A stretch of 64,000 nt of DNA from Rhynchobatus australiae. Lineage: Eukaryota. Shown here piece by piece: positions 26,943 through 38,550 of this stretch. The notes beneath the pieces are model-generated. The model ran no database searches, was not told the DNA's origin, and saw nothing but the letters and a program-made list of their open reading frames with translations. The stretch's first letter is position 1. Every line of letters begins with the position of its first letter. Made by a program: the position numbers and the translations under genes. The stretch covers positions 85,539,506 to 85,603,505 of the forward strand of contig JAUZTB010000087.1 in the NCBI GenBank assembly GCA_034780895.1. Direction: 5' to 3'.

Positions 26943-27050
26943 ATCCATGTGATTCAGGTCCATGTCACAATGGGGGAACCTGTGTTGCAGAGACTGTGGA
27001 TGAGTATAGCTGCCTGTGTCCCCTTGGTTACGGTGGGGACAAACACTGCA
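26943..27050 (+). CDS. Orphan EGF-like-domain exon (VWA2/AMACO EGF1-like), antisense inside BCOR intron 6: (D)[35 protein letters not shown]
   Basis: 108 nt with six EGF cysteines and no stop. CAG acceptor at 26940-26942, branch-like CTGAC at 26914-26918, donor A|GTAAGT at 27051; symmetric phase 1-1. Whether it is expressed or a duplicated relic is unknown. Confidence 0.85.
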
Positions 27051-27725
27051 GTAAGTATTTATTTAAGGATGAAAACTAAAATGCTGGCTGGTTGCAATGA
27101 ACATTTTTCTGAAAGTTGGTAAATACTCTCTTATTGTATTGTGATGCTCTTTTTTAATAATAATTTATTACTCAATAATAGCATACCCAAAATCAAGGTT
27201 ATGTAAAATGCAAAAATATTCCAGAAAGCACTGCACTGACATATTTCTCAACAAATTTCTTTAAAACTTTTCAGACTTTCAAGGTCATCATGTACATAAT
27301 TCAACTCATATCACCTCAATGGTAACTGTAAGAAATTTATTTTTATTCACATGGGTTAAGATTTGAGTTTCTAATTGAGTTTTATTGATCAAAAAAGTTT
27401 TATGGCTCCTAAAATGGTTTACACTACAGTACATTCCATGCACTGTTCCAAGCAAGAGTCCAGAGGCATGGCAAAATGACAGATTCAGCCAAGTTACTCA
27501 GTAAGCCCTCTTTCACCACATGGACACATGTCTGGGACTTACTTTTTTTGAATGGCTGAATACTGGTGGCTCTGTTTGGAACTGCCAATCACAGTCAACA
27601 TGATTTGCAAGTTACCAGTAGGGAAATAATTTTTAATTGGAACTTAAGTATACAGGCCATTGCAATTAATAGCACTAATCCTTCCACATGCAATAACTTA
27701 TGATTACTCCTTCTACGTCATTCAC

Positions 27726-27909
27726 CTTCATCAAAATTTTCTACTGATGTAATCTCATCTTCTGAATCTTCCTTTGACTTCTTTTCCTTCTTCCCAGTGA
27801 AGCTTTTCCATTCAGTGTCACCTAATTTGTTGTCCTCTAATGCATCCTCAGATACCCTACTATCATCCCGCTGTTTCATCTCAAGCTCAGAAAAGCGCAT
27901 CATAGCACG
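27726..27909 (-). CDS. BCOR: BCOR exon 6 (184 nt): RAMMRFSELEMKQR...
   Basis: RAMMRFSELEMK is identical to the recalled BCOR sequence. TAG acceptor at 27912-27910; donor G|GTGAA at 27725; phase 0-1. Confidence 0.96.
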
Positions 27910-28333
27910 CTAGAATCATAAATGAAAATATTAATAAATGAATAACATAATTTCTTATGAAAAACAGCAGTAACAAATTTGCCTTAATTTCACACCTGTT
28001 CTGAATGCTCATTGAAAGAGAATTTCTAAAATCAGCAAAAGATAACACTGAACAGTGTTCTTAAGTTGTTTCAATGCACTATTTAATAAAATGAATAACT
28101 ATAGGATCCCCTATGAAAAAAGAGGCTTGTTGCATGTTTTAAAAAAGTCAGTATATTTCTATTGTATATAATCTTGAAACATGCTTGAGAGTTTCAACAC
28201 AAGGAAGGTAGTCTGTAGACTAGTCCTGGGGTCCACATCTACTGGCTCACTGCCCAAACTTTTGTTAACTAAAATCATTTAACAATTCTTTTCATTTAAG
28301 TTAAACAATCTGAGAAAAATCTTAAGAACTGAC

Positions 28334-28390
28334 CTCACAGTAAGCAGCAGGCTGATTTAAAATACTGTCCTCTTGTGATAATCCTTCCAT
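28334..28390 (-). CDS. BCOR: BCOR exon 5 (57 nt): MEGLSQEDSILNQPAAYCE
   Basis: Matches human MEGLQEDSILCLPAAYCE. TAG acceptor at 28393-28391; donor GAG|GTCAG; phase 0-0. Confidence 0.95.
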
Positions 28391-29334
28391 CTATTCAATT
28401 AAAATGATCACTCAGTGGGGAACTTTATCATTCATTTTTACAGACACACACCAATATTTCACAACAAGAATGAAAATCATCAAGAGGCTTTTCACCTATC
28501 AAAACTGTGTGTAAAGGTGGAATGTTTACTGAAGACCTTACATACAATAAATATATACAGTACAAATGTGTGAAAAAAGTAAAGAGGGAGGATGGGGTGG
28601 GGGAAGGAATTCACCTATTTAATGGACCTATCTAATAACATAGCTAGTGTAGGGAGAAAACTTATTCTTGGAGATCATTAACCATATCACCGGTTTCTAC
28701 TGCTACACACTTTCTAGTTTAAAATTATAGCACAAGAACAATAATAGCAGACAGTGCCAAACATTTCTGAACATACTACAGAAATACAAAATAAGTGTGG
28801 CCATGGATATGTCCAAAATTCATTCAGATAAGCAGCACAACCATGAATACAAGGACAAAGCCATTACATAACATTGTACAAGTCTATATGCCATTTCCTN
28901 NNNNNNNNNNNNNNNNNNNNNNNNNNNNNNNNNNNNNNNNNNNNNNNNNNNNNNNNNNNNNNNNNNNNNNNNNNNNNNNNNNNNNNNNNNNNNNNNNNNN
29001 NNNNNNNNNNNNNNNNNNNNNNNNNNNNNNNNNNNNNNNATTTTAGGTCTACTGTTGAGNNNNNNNNNNNNNNNNNNNNNNNNNNNNNNNNNNNNNNNNN
29101 NNNNNNNNNNNNNNNNNNNNNNNNNNNNNNNNNNNNNNNNNNNNNNNNNNNNNNNNNNNGTCTTATTTTATCTCCATTTTCTTTTTTGAAAATATATATT
29201 GCTTTGGGGTGATTTGACCATACAAATGAGATGGCCTTGTTAATAAAACAAAGGGAATGTGATCTCAGTGGAACTGTATCACATGAAAACTGGCACCAAT
29301 GACACAAAATTTTTGATAGAAGCCAAAACTTATG

Positions 29335-29520
29335 TAGGCACAGTAGCATAGTGGTTATGGTACTGGACTGGCAACCGGAAGATCTTGAGTTCAAATTCCA
29401 CCATGACAAGTTGAAGAACCCAATACATTTTGAAATTTGTGGGCAATATGTGCTCAACTCCTGTCATAATCTTGCAAGCTTTGCCTATCTGGTCTACAAT
29501 TAACTCCAGTCTCATCCTAT
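29335..29520 (+). mobile_element. tRNA-derived SINE 5' part
   Basis: A-box TAGCATAGTGG and B-box GAGTTCAAATTC; related heads at ~2800 and ~34330. Confidence 0.6.
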
Positions 29521-29521
29521 T

Positions 29522-29780
29522 AAATATTTAAATTTAAATTTTACTTACAGCAAGGTAACAGGCCTTTTCAGCCCAATGAGTCCGCACCGCCTGTTTTAAA
29601 CCCCCATGTTAACCCATCCGTATGTCTTTGGAACGTGGGAGGAAACCAGAGCACCCAGAGGAAACCCACGCAGACACGGTAGAACGTACAAACTCCTTAC
29701 AGTCAGCGATGGGAATCAAAACCCAATCGCTGGCGCTGTAATAGCATCACTCGAACTGCTACGCTACTGTGCCACCCCAT
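29522..29780 (-). mobile_element. HE1/V-type SINE, near full length
   Basis: Reverse complement of the copy at 19333-19720, including the tRNA-like head GGGGTGGCACAGTAGCGTAGCAGTT. Confidence 0.9.
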
Positions 29781-30210
29781 GTGACTGATCATCGACATCC
29801 TCGGGATAATTAGGGAGGNNNNNNNNNNNNNNNNNNNNNNNNNNNNNNNNNNNNNNNNNNNNNNNNNNNNNNNNNNNNNNNNNNNNNNNNNNNNNNNNNN
29901 NNNNNNNNNNNNNNNNNNTGAAAATATTGCCAATTTCCCAAGGACAATTTAAGTTTCACTGTTGTTACGCATCATTATTCACATGCTCATGAAATTGTTA
30001 TGATGGATTAGTCCATTGAACAATTCCTTTATATCATGGCCTAGCAATGGGATGCATGGAGCAGCCTTCAGAAAGATTCAGAAACCTAATTTAAGTAGGG
30101 TTCACTTTACTCAAGCAAGAATATTAAATGTTAAAAATGTTTTATAAAATCAAAAGGCTTCCAAAAATTAAGAAGCATCTTAGCCACTGACAAACAAGTC
30201 AACAACTCAC

Positions 30211-33051
30211 CTGTAGTGCTCGTTGTTCTCGACTAAGTTGGCTAGAGTCTGCATATAGTTCAGTTGTGACACACTTAAATTTATCTCCCACATACCCAGC
30301 TGAGTTTGCTATTCGCTTTGTTAGGTTAGATTTCTTCGGCTTCATAAATTTAGCAGCTGTTACCTCCAGATCTTCAGTTCTGTCTTTGGTATCACTCTGA
30401 TTCAATTGAGCCAAAAACTGCCCAGTTTCAGCACCAAATTCCTTCTCTGTATTTGTTTTGCCAGAAGATGTGGCAACATGGTCAATAATGGAATCGTCCT
30501 CTGAGACATCAGCAATCAATTGAACTGTTGTACTCTCTTTGCTTTGGCTGTCTGAAGTATTTTCTTTGTTTATGTTCTGATTTGGTAAACACTGGCCCTG
30601 TGATAAGCTACAGATCTCTACTCCCTTATGGACATCTCTGTCTTTTTGGATACCATCTTGTATTGAAATGGCTTCCACAGAGTCAACTGTTTTATCACTG
30701 CTTTCCTTTGCAGTGTTTTGTTTGTTATTGCCTTCTGATGGGATACACTTTTTAGATGTTTTTGCTTCAATTTTACCCCGTTGATCATTGTGTTCTAAGA
30801 TCAGGTGCTTGTCCTTATTATCTTTGGCAAATGTTTTGCCATGATTCTTTGGACTATGACATAATGGTTCACTTCTTCCTGAAGCATGTAACTGGTCTGC
30901 ATTTATTTTTTGTGAAATCTCTGCTGGTCTCTCTCTGTTAACAGGTTCTTCACTGCTTCGAAGTCGATCATGTGATCTGGATCGTCGCTGTGCGCCTTCA
31001 CTCCGTTTTTCTTCCTGAACACTGTGTGGTGAGATGATAGGGTTGATCAAATTCTGTGTGTTGTGGAATAGGGTGTATTCACTTCTGCATGTTGGCAAAC
31101 TGCTATAAGAAAGTCTGTGCTTTGGTGCTAAGTTTCCTGCATACAAGTTGCCATTGGGCAATAAGGCAGGATGGGGAAATACAAGTCCTTTGTCAGGTAA
31201 GGGAAGATGGCTAATTGGGATTCCTTCTGGTGTAGAGTAGGTGAAATACCTATTTGGATATGGTAAAGGTGGGGATAGAAATGCCTCATTTGGAGTTAGA
31301 AATATTGAACCTGATGAATGACCACTTTCAGTTGCATGTGACACAAAATCTTGACAGCTTCCTTTGGTCCCTTTAGTAGGCTGCTTACTTGGTATTGGAG
31401 AAGACTGTCCTGTTTGGTGAATGACAGATGTCTTATTTGAAGAGTTATTCCTATGTGCCTTTTCAGACTGAACCCACTCAGTATTAATATTTGGCGAAGG
31501 CGAAGCAGATGCAGGCCGTCCCAATCCAGAGACTGAACCTGGAATATGAGTAACAGAACCATTGGAACTCCCAATCCTAGGACACGAGGAGCTTCTCTGA
31601 TGTGGAATTATACGCTCTAGTGTTTTATTGCTCACCAATATACTACTGGTTTGATGGTCTCCTGGAGAACTGGTACTAGGAATGGCCCAGGTTGAGTGCA
31701 ATTTATTAATAATAGGAGGCCTTTCAACAGGAACATCACCGTGCATTGAAGTTGAAAAACCTTCAGAATGCGTTTCCTTACTTGACAATGAAGAGTTGTT
31801 TCGCCATTTGCCAGGTGCCACCTTATCAGTACTCTCAGTCTTTGACGTCTGATCACTTGAGGTCTCACCACAGCCTACTTTAGAAGACAGATCAAGAGGC
31901 TTTTCATTGCAGTCTTTGGTGGATGTCTGTTTTTCTTGCTGCGACGGAGACTTAGTAGTTTTTTGTTCAGGCTGAGTGTTTCGTGAATGTGTTGCTGCTT
32001 GTTGGAAGTTCTCACTAGATTCTGGTGGTTTTGAGGTTTTGCCATTTACTGATCGAACAGGAGAAGTAAATTCACTACTTAGACTTAAATAACCATGAGG
32101 AAGTGCCATTGAAGGAGAAGGGCCAGATATCCTAGCAAGATGCTTCTGAAATTCAGAAGAGTTTTCTCCAATCTGCGGTGAGGATAGGTGAAGCCGGGCA
32201 GGTGGTCTTGGAGATTGCAACAGTGCAGTTGGGTCAGCAGAAATGCTACCAGCATTTGACTTTTCAGTAGCTGGAACCCTTGTTTTCTTACTACTTGAAA
32301 TCTGATGAGTCAAAATGTGTGGATCAACTGGCAGTCTTGGGTTACCTGTCATTATCCCTGAAAGGCATTTTTCAGAACAGTGAACCATAGACGACATTAT
32401 GGGTGATGTTGCAGCTGGTGTAATCCTTAGTGGAGAAGGAAGAGATGAAGGGATAGGAGGCAAGCCATAGTGTGGAGGTGGTATGTATAAGAAGCGGTCA
32501 CTGTGACTACAAACAGGTGAATAGGTTATGTGTTGCGGTAAGCCATACGAGTTCTGTGAAGGTATCAGACATGTTTTATACATGTTCCTTGGGTAGTTGC
32601 TTGATGAGTCCACAAATGAATACATGCCTGATGCTGGGCTCTCTATGTATGGATTAACCCACGGAAGTCGCAAATAACTTGGACCAGTTCCATTTACTGG
32701 AGCTTGCTTGCCAGCTGAAGATCCTTCTAAACCCAGTGGTTCACCTCTGGCACTAGCAGCATTTTGTAGACTGGGAGGTGATTTATACAATGTGCTAAAG
32801 CTTTCATGAGGCTTTGTGCAACCACTTCCATTTTCCAGTGTTTCTGGTGGATGTACTTTATAATTTAAATCAGGCATTCTATCAGTCATAAATCCCAGAC
32901 TGGTCATGGCCACTGCAGCCTCTTGTTCCTTTTCATTTCTTAGCCCATGTGCAGTAGGATATATAATACCATTGTGGTTTCTAAGCTCCTCTTGCATGAT
33001 CCCACTGGCAGCTCTAAGTCGATCAATTTGTCTCACTGAGGCAGCGTCCAC
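30211..33051 (-). CDS. BCOR: BCOR exon 4 (2841 nt, 947 codons)
   Basis: ORF 30199..33051 contains BCOR signatures YLRLPWVNPY, PLDLS, QRSSSCPR, GRPASASP and KRIANSAGYVGDKFKCVTTELYADSSQLSREQRALQ. Acceptor CAG at 33054-33052; donor CAG|GTGAG at 30210. Confidence 0.98.
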
Positions 33052-34413
33052 CTGGACAAAATTTCAAAAAGATTAATTGTATATATACCATTTAAGAAAT
33101 GTTTTGATTTGTTTTCTGTCAGTTGAAGCTACTATTTTAATAAAGTGATAAAAGCCATTGTCAGTCGGTATATGAAACAAAACAACTGTGGTGACCTAAC
33201 AAAAGGACATTGGATAAAACAGCCATACAGTAGAATGGCAAGTATTTATATTCTACATCTTAGCTCTTAATGGACTTTGTTACCACAACATTACTGTTTA
33301 CGGAGGTAAAATAAAGCAACTGTTCTAATGACAACCAATTAGCTTGAGCTATTCAACTGCTCTCCTTCCTCTGCCGCTGGTAGTCTTGGTCCCACAAATT
33401 GTTCACCTGCTCCCATCCATTCTATCCCCTTCTGGTACAATTGTCACCATTGCTGTATTGTTAGTGGGTGTAAAATCAATAGTACTGGGTGCATAATCAA
33501 CCTATTTTTTATACTTCTCTAGCTCTATCATTTCAAGCATCATCTCAGCCCAAGTTTTTTGCCAGTGCCAGAACAACAGTAACAACTTCCATTTATACTG
33601 TACTTTTAACACAGCAAAGCCAATTCAAAGCCTTTCACAGCACATTCACAAACAAGAAGTTTAAGCCGAGCTATGTAAGGAATAATAAAGGCAGATGATC
33701 AAAAGCCTGATCAAAGATATGAATCTAAAGGGGAAGGGAGTGGTTTAGAAAGGGATCTTGACAGCTTCAGGAATAATTGAATATCTTGGAGGTTGCTATG
33801 AGGAAGGTTGAGACCATAGAGTTCATTCTAGAGGCAAGGCCAATCACAAGCTGTTAGATAACACAAGAAAGTACATTTCCCCATTTTCTCAAAGCTTATG
33901 ACCTCTTCCATGTCCAAGGATTTCATCTCTCAGACTGCATCCAATCATGCAGCAATTTCATCCACTTTCCCTTTTCTTCCTGTCCCTCCACCTTATTCCT
34001 TTGAAGTTCTCCCTTCACGATTCACCATCCATTCCCTTATCTGTCTCTATCTGCGATGCACTTAGCAAAATTTTTTTACTTTAAAGAGACAATGAAAATT
34101 GAAAATGTTGTCTATGTAGTAAAAACAGATTTCTCCTTTGTACAAGCACTATGCTTTTTGAATTGACAAGGCTTGCAAAAATAAGCTGGCAACCAGTTGG
34201 CCATTCACATTTGTTGGCCAAATGGGTCAGAAGATGATATCTCTGTGAATCCAGCTGCAGTGTCATCTGATAAATAACAACAGAGATCCAGAGAAACTCA
34301 TTTGTGAACCAGGCAGGGATCTGGACTTCACACTAGATATACTAACTTAATACGTTGTATTTTTGGATGAGTAATCCAGAGGCCTGGACTGAAAACAGGG
34401 ATAAGAATTAAGA

Positions 34414-34593
34414 AGAAAAACAGGAAATGCTGGAAACTCTCAGCAAATCAGACAGCATCTGTAGAAAGAGAAACAGATTTAATGTTTCAGTTTAAGATTC
34501 TTCACCAGAACTCTGCTAAGTGCTTACAAGCTTTTCTGGGGGTTTTTTTGTCAGGTTTCCAGTATATGCTGTTTTTATTTATTTTCATGTACT
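34414..34593. mobile_element. Penelope-like terminus insertion with 14-bp TSD inside a SINE
   Basis: GGAAATGCTGGAAACTCTCAGCAAATCAGACAGCATCTG...; flanked by GATAAGAATTAAGA (34400-34413) and GATATGAATTAAGA (34594-34607). Confidence 0.75.
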
Positions 34594-34899
34594 GATATGA
34601 ATTAAGATCCCATTATGTGACTTGTGAATTTGAATTCAATTCTTCAAAAAGCTGAGTAAATTAGCAAAATAAAAATCACCTAGAACCTGTGAAATTGTTG
34701 TAGAAATTAGGATGTGTACATCCTTCAGGGAAGAAACCTGCCACCCTTATAAAGCATGNNNNNNNNNNNNNNNNNNNNNNNNNNNNNNNNNNNNNNNNNN
34801 NNNNNNNNNNNNNNNNNNNNNNNNNNNNNNNNNNNNNNNNNNNNNNNNNNNNNNNNNNNNNNNNNNNNNNNNNNNNNNNNNNNNNNNNNNNNNNNCAGG

Positions 34900-35640
34900 T
34901 AGTGCAATCACAAACACAATAACTGGTTGCATAAGAAATTCTCATTCATTACCAGTTCTTCTGCCAATGTCCTTATATCTGTGTCCTCTGGTTATTGACT
35001 CCTGTGCCACAGGAAGTAGTCTATCCTTATTTGTCATACCTCCTTACGATTTTGAAGATCTCTATTAAATTTCCCCTTAATTTTATCAACACCACTCAAG
35101 TAAATCTCTGTAAGATCTTGACATTCTTCCTGAAGTCTAGTGACTAGAAACAGAAGCAATGATGTAGCTGGAACCTAGCTAGTGATCCATAAAGGTTTGC
35201 CATAACTTCCTTGCTTCATTGCTCTATGCCTGTGTTTCCCATTTTCTTGCCACCTTCAAGGATGTACTCCCAGGTCTCTGTTTCTGCACTACCTTTAAAA
35301 CTGTACAATTATTTTATACTAATGATTCAATTCTTCCTACACACTTGCATTAAATTTTATCTGCCATATATCTGCCCATTTCACCAGTTTCTCTGCCTTC
35401 ATCTGAAGTCTATTGACACGTTCCTCATTGTTTACAACATATTTTGGGTGTATATTATCCATAAACGTTGATATCAAACCCTGTATATTCAAGTAAAGGT
35501 TACTAATATGTATCAAAAAGCCAGTGATTTTTAGATCAATCCCTGAGGATACCACCCTCTACAATGAAAAGAAACATTCCCCACTATCTGCCTTTTTTGC
35601 CTTTTAGCTAATTTCACATCTATGCCGTCACTATCATTTA
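34900..35640 (-). mobile_element. Decayed CR1 LINE fragment
   Basis: Minus-strand peptide VNNEERVNRLQMKAEKLVKWADIWQIKFN (CR1 RT C-terminal region). Confidence 0.8.
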
Positions 35641-36578
35641 AATCTTATTGCCTTCAATTAAAGGATAAAGAAAAAACCCTGCCACATGTATCAACAACTT
35701 ACATTCATGCTTTGGGGGCTCCACCCAGTTGCCACCCACAACAGCGTACTGATACATCCTACTCTATAATAGCCCAAGCCTTAGGTCCTGAACTGACTGT
35801 ACACCTCCAACCCCACAACCCTTCATTCAGCTTCCAGTCTGGCACCACCCCACCAAATATGCCAGCTCCTCTAACCTTGCGATTGCTCAAGCCTTGGCCT
35901 TCCAGTCATTCACTCTGTGATCTCCAAACCATCACCTTCCAACCCTACTGATGTCCCGATCACCCCTCCCCTATCACTCAAACTCGCTCCCAGATCTGAC
36001 ATAATTCAATCCCTTTTCTTCCGGAACCTCCCTTCCCCTCCCCCTTTAATACCAGCATCCCATATCCTGTCCCCAAGTTGCAAATGGGCCTCAGGCACAA
36101 ATGAAGATTGCAGTAGGGTTGGGGAGGAGGCATGCTGCTAACCCATCCTGTGAATCCAACAGGATATACCAAAATTTTTTATAATACTCTATTCAAAATA
36201 GTTCAGCAACTAATATCATTTTATTCTTGTTAATGCTTCATTGAAATGGTACCACCTAAATTTTATTGTATCGTTGCATTCCCTTCTAATTTTCTCAACA
36301 TGTTTTGTGATATGACTGATGTGACTGCTTATACTGCAATGACCTTTTGCAAAACTTCAAAGTGCAGTAGCTTGTGGAGTTTAACTTAAGCCTCATAGCG
36401 CTCATGAAAAACAACATATAATTTCAGCTTATGACTTAGTTCAAGTCTAAACTTTGAAACTACTGTTTAACTGAGATCAAAATTCTCTTATTTTAACAGG
36501 CAATGCCCAATTTTAACAAATTAGCTCATTCTTTGTTCATTAGAGGGAATTTTGACAAGTGCAAAAGTAATAACTTAC

Positions 36579-36651
36579 CACACTCAAGTTGTGGGTCATA
36601 TGATTCTCTTCTCTAATCCCAAAACGCTTCATGTTTTTTTGTGTTTTTTTT
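36579..36651 (-). CDS. BCOR: BCOR exon 3 (partial; 5' end in N-gap): ...NMKRFGIREENHMTHNLSV
   Basis: Resembles human ARLELREENPLNHNV. Phase-0 donor GTG|GTAAG at 36578 joins in frame to exon 4 (VDAA...). The acceptor is presumably in gap 36652-36687. Confidence 0.85.
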
Positions 36652-38550
36652 NNNNNNNNNNNNNNNNNNNNNNNNNNNNNNNNNNNNAAATTCAATATTT
36701 TTTAATTGTTATTATATATTACTCATTGAATATTGCATTAACAGTGGTTATTTTTAAAACAAAAGTCTGATAATTATTATCACTCCCTCAAGTCGATCTT
36801 AACTTGCACACACAATACGATGATATTAAGTATAATGGTTTTAGAAATCATGATCACAATCATACAATTCCAGCAAGTTTTTCTCTCAAAGTAAATAGTT
36901 TCACCCTTCCTACAGCAATGAAAATTTAAGGCAAGATTTTCTTCATTAATACGAAGCACACTTAATATGACAGGTAATCATTCTTTAAGGTAAAAGCCAC
37001 CTTAGACACTATGCCTTTAAACAACATCCAGACCTCTTTGGAGTCAAATAAACTTCTCCTTTCCACTTTACTAATGAAATTTCCAAAGGGTTTCTCCAAT
37101 TTGGTCACTGGAACTTCAGTAAAGATCACCAGACGTCAGTTTTAAGTATCTGTCTGGGCTTTCCATGTCTGATATGTGCTCTAATCTCAGATTACTTTTC
37201 TGCTGTAAACAAATTTCAGGCAACAGCAACATCATAAAGTTTAAATAAAAGAGATATAAAGAAAGGTCAGAAAAATAAACACATGTTTAGAGAGACACTT
37301 GCACATGAAACTTGCATTTTATGTTAAACAAATCATAAATGCAATAAATCAACTAATAAGATTCCTTATATAATCAACCTCCGGTATCATTAAAGTACAT
37401 GTTAAGCAGAGCAAAAACTGGTACTTCAACTTGGAGACACAATCCCTTTTGGCTAATTAGAAACAAACTGCCAAAAAGTTGGTTACCACTTTATCTTGCT
37501 CAAATAATAGTCACTTGAAACATATTTAGTGATACAGTTTNNNNNNNNNNNNNNNNNNNNNNNNNNNNNNNNNNNNNNNNNNNNNNNNNNNNNNNNNNNN
37601 NNNNNNNNNNNNNNNNNNNNNNNNNNNNNNNNNNNNNNNNGAAGATGGCCTCAAGACAAACCATTTGCATGTTGGAATAGAAAATAACACAGAGAGCCCC
37701 ATTATTCCTGGTTAAGCAGTAGTAACCAGCAGATTACACCTCAGTGGGTTGAAACAGTAATTGCACTATTTGTGTTGAAGCACCTTATTTAATCATGTGA
37801 ATCAAGAGAGAGCTCTTCATAAAAAGCAATAGCACATGTATACAATTGCAATCTTAACCTCACTGAAACAATACTTTCAACTGGATTGAATCCAGGTCAC
37901 TGGAGCTGCAAGACAGTTGCACTACCTGCAGCACCATAGTGCCAACCACTTTAAAAAAATTATTTTGCACTAATGGCTCAAAATTCAGTCCAATTTACCA
38001 CCATGTACTATACATAAATGCAATGTTTATTTATTTCTGAACAGTTGATTTTTGACTGTGTAGGCAATGGCCATACAAAAATGAAAAGGAATTTTAGACA
38101 AATAGTACGTTGCCATTGGAAATCCATAGTCCAGTTTACTTAAATCCTGAAATTATATTGTTTTGAAATACTTCTGCAAACTAAAAGCAAGGGGATTAAA
38201 ATTAAAATCATCACACATACATAGGCAAGCAAAGTGTAAATCTCCTACAAATTCTTTGAGCAACATTCTCCAATATCATGAGATGATCAATTTAATTGTA
38301 TATACTCTGCAGCAGAAATGATGGCAAAACAATCAATGTTTGCTATGATTACACAACAAGACCTGACAACAACTTCAGGATTTCCACAAATGCTCGGTTT
38401 AATCCAGAAAATCCTAAAATGCTCTCAATGAGCCTTGCTTCTTGTGAAAGTCTCATATCTGGGGACTCTGTAGTGCACCAGCTTATTTGTTATGGCTAGA
38501 AACAAATCAAGGAAATAGTGCCATTCAATAGCCCCTAGGTGAGCAGGTCC

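Noticed and set aside
29335-29410. tRNA-like A/B boxes
   Set aside because: No cloverleaf; this is a SINE head, not a tRNA gene.
30211-33051. Alternative assignment to BCORL1
   Set aside because: Exon 4-6 motifs (YLRLPWVNPY, KRIANSAGYVGD, RAMMRFSELEMK) and the MLSATPLY start fit BCOR rather than BCORL1 as recalled.
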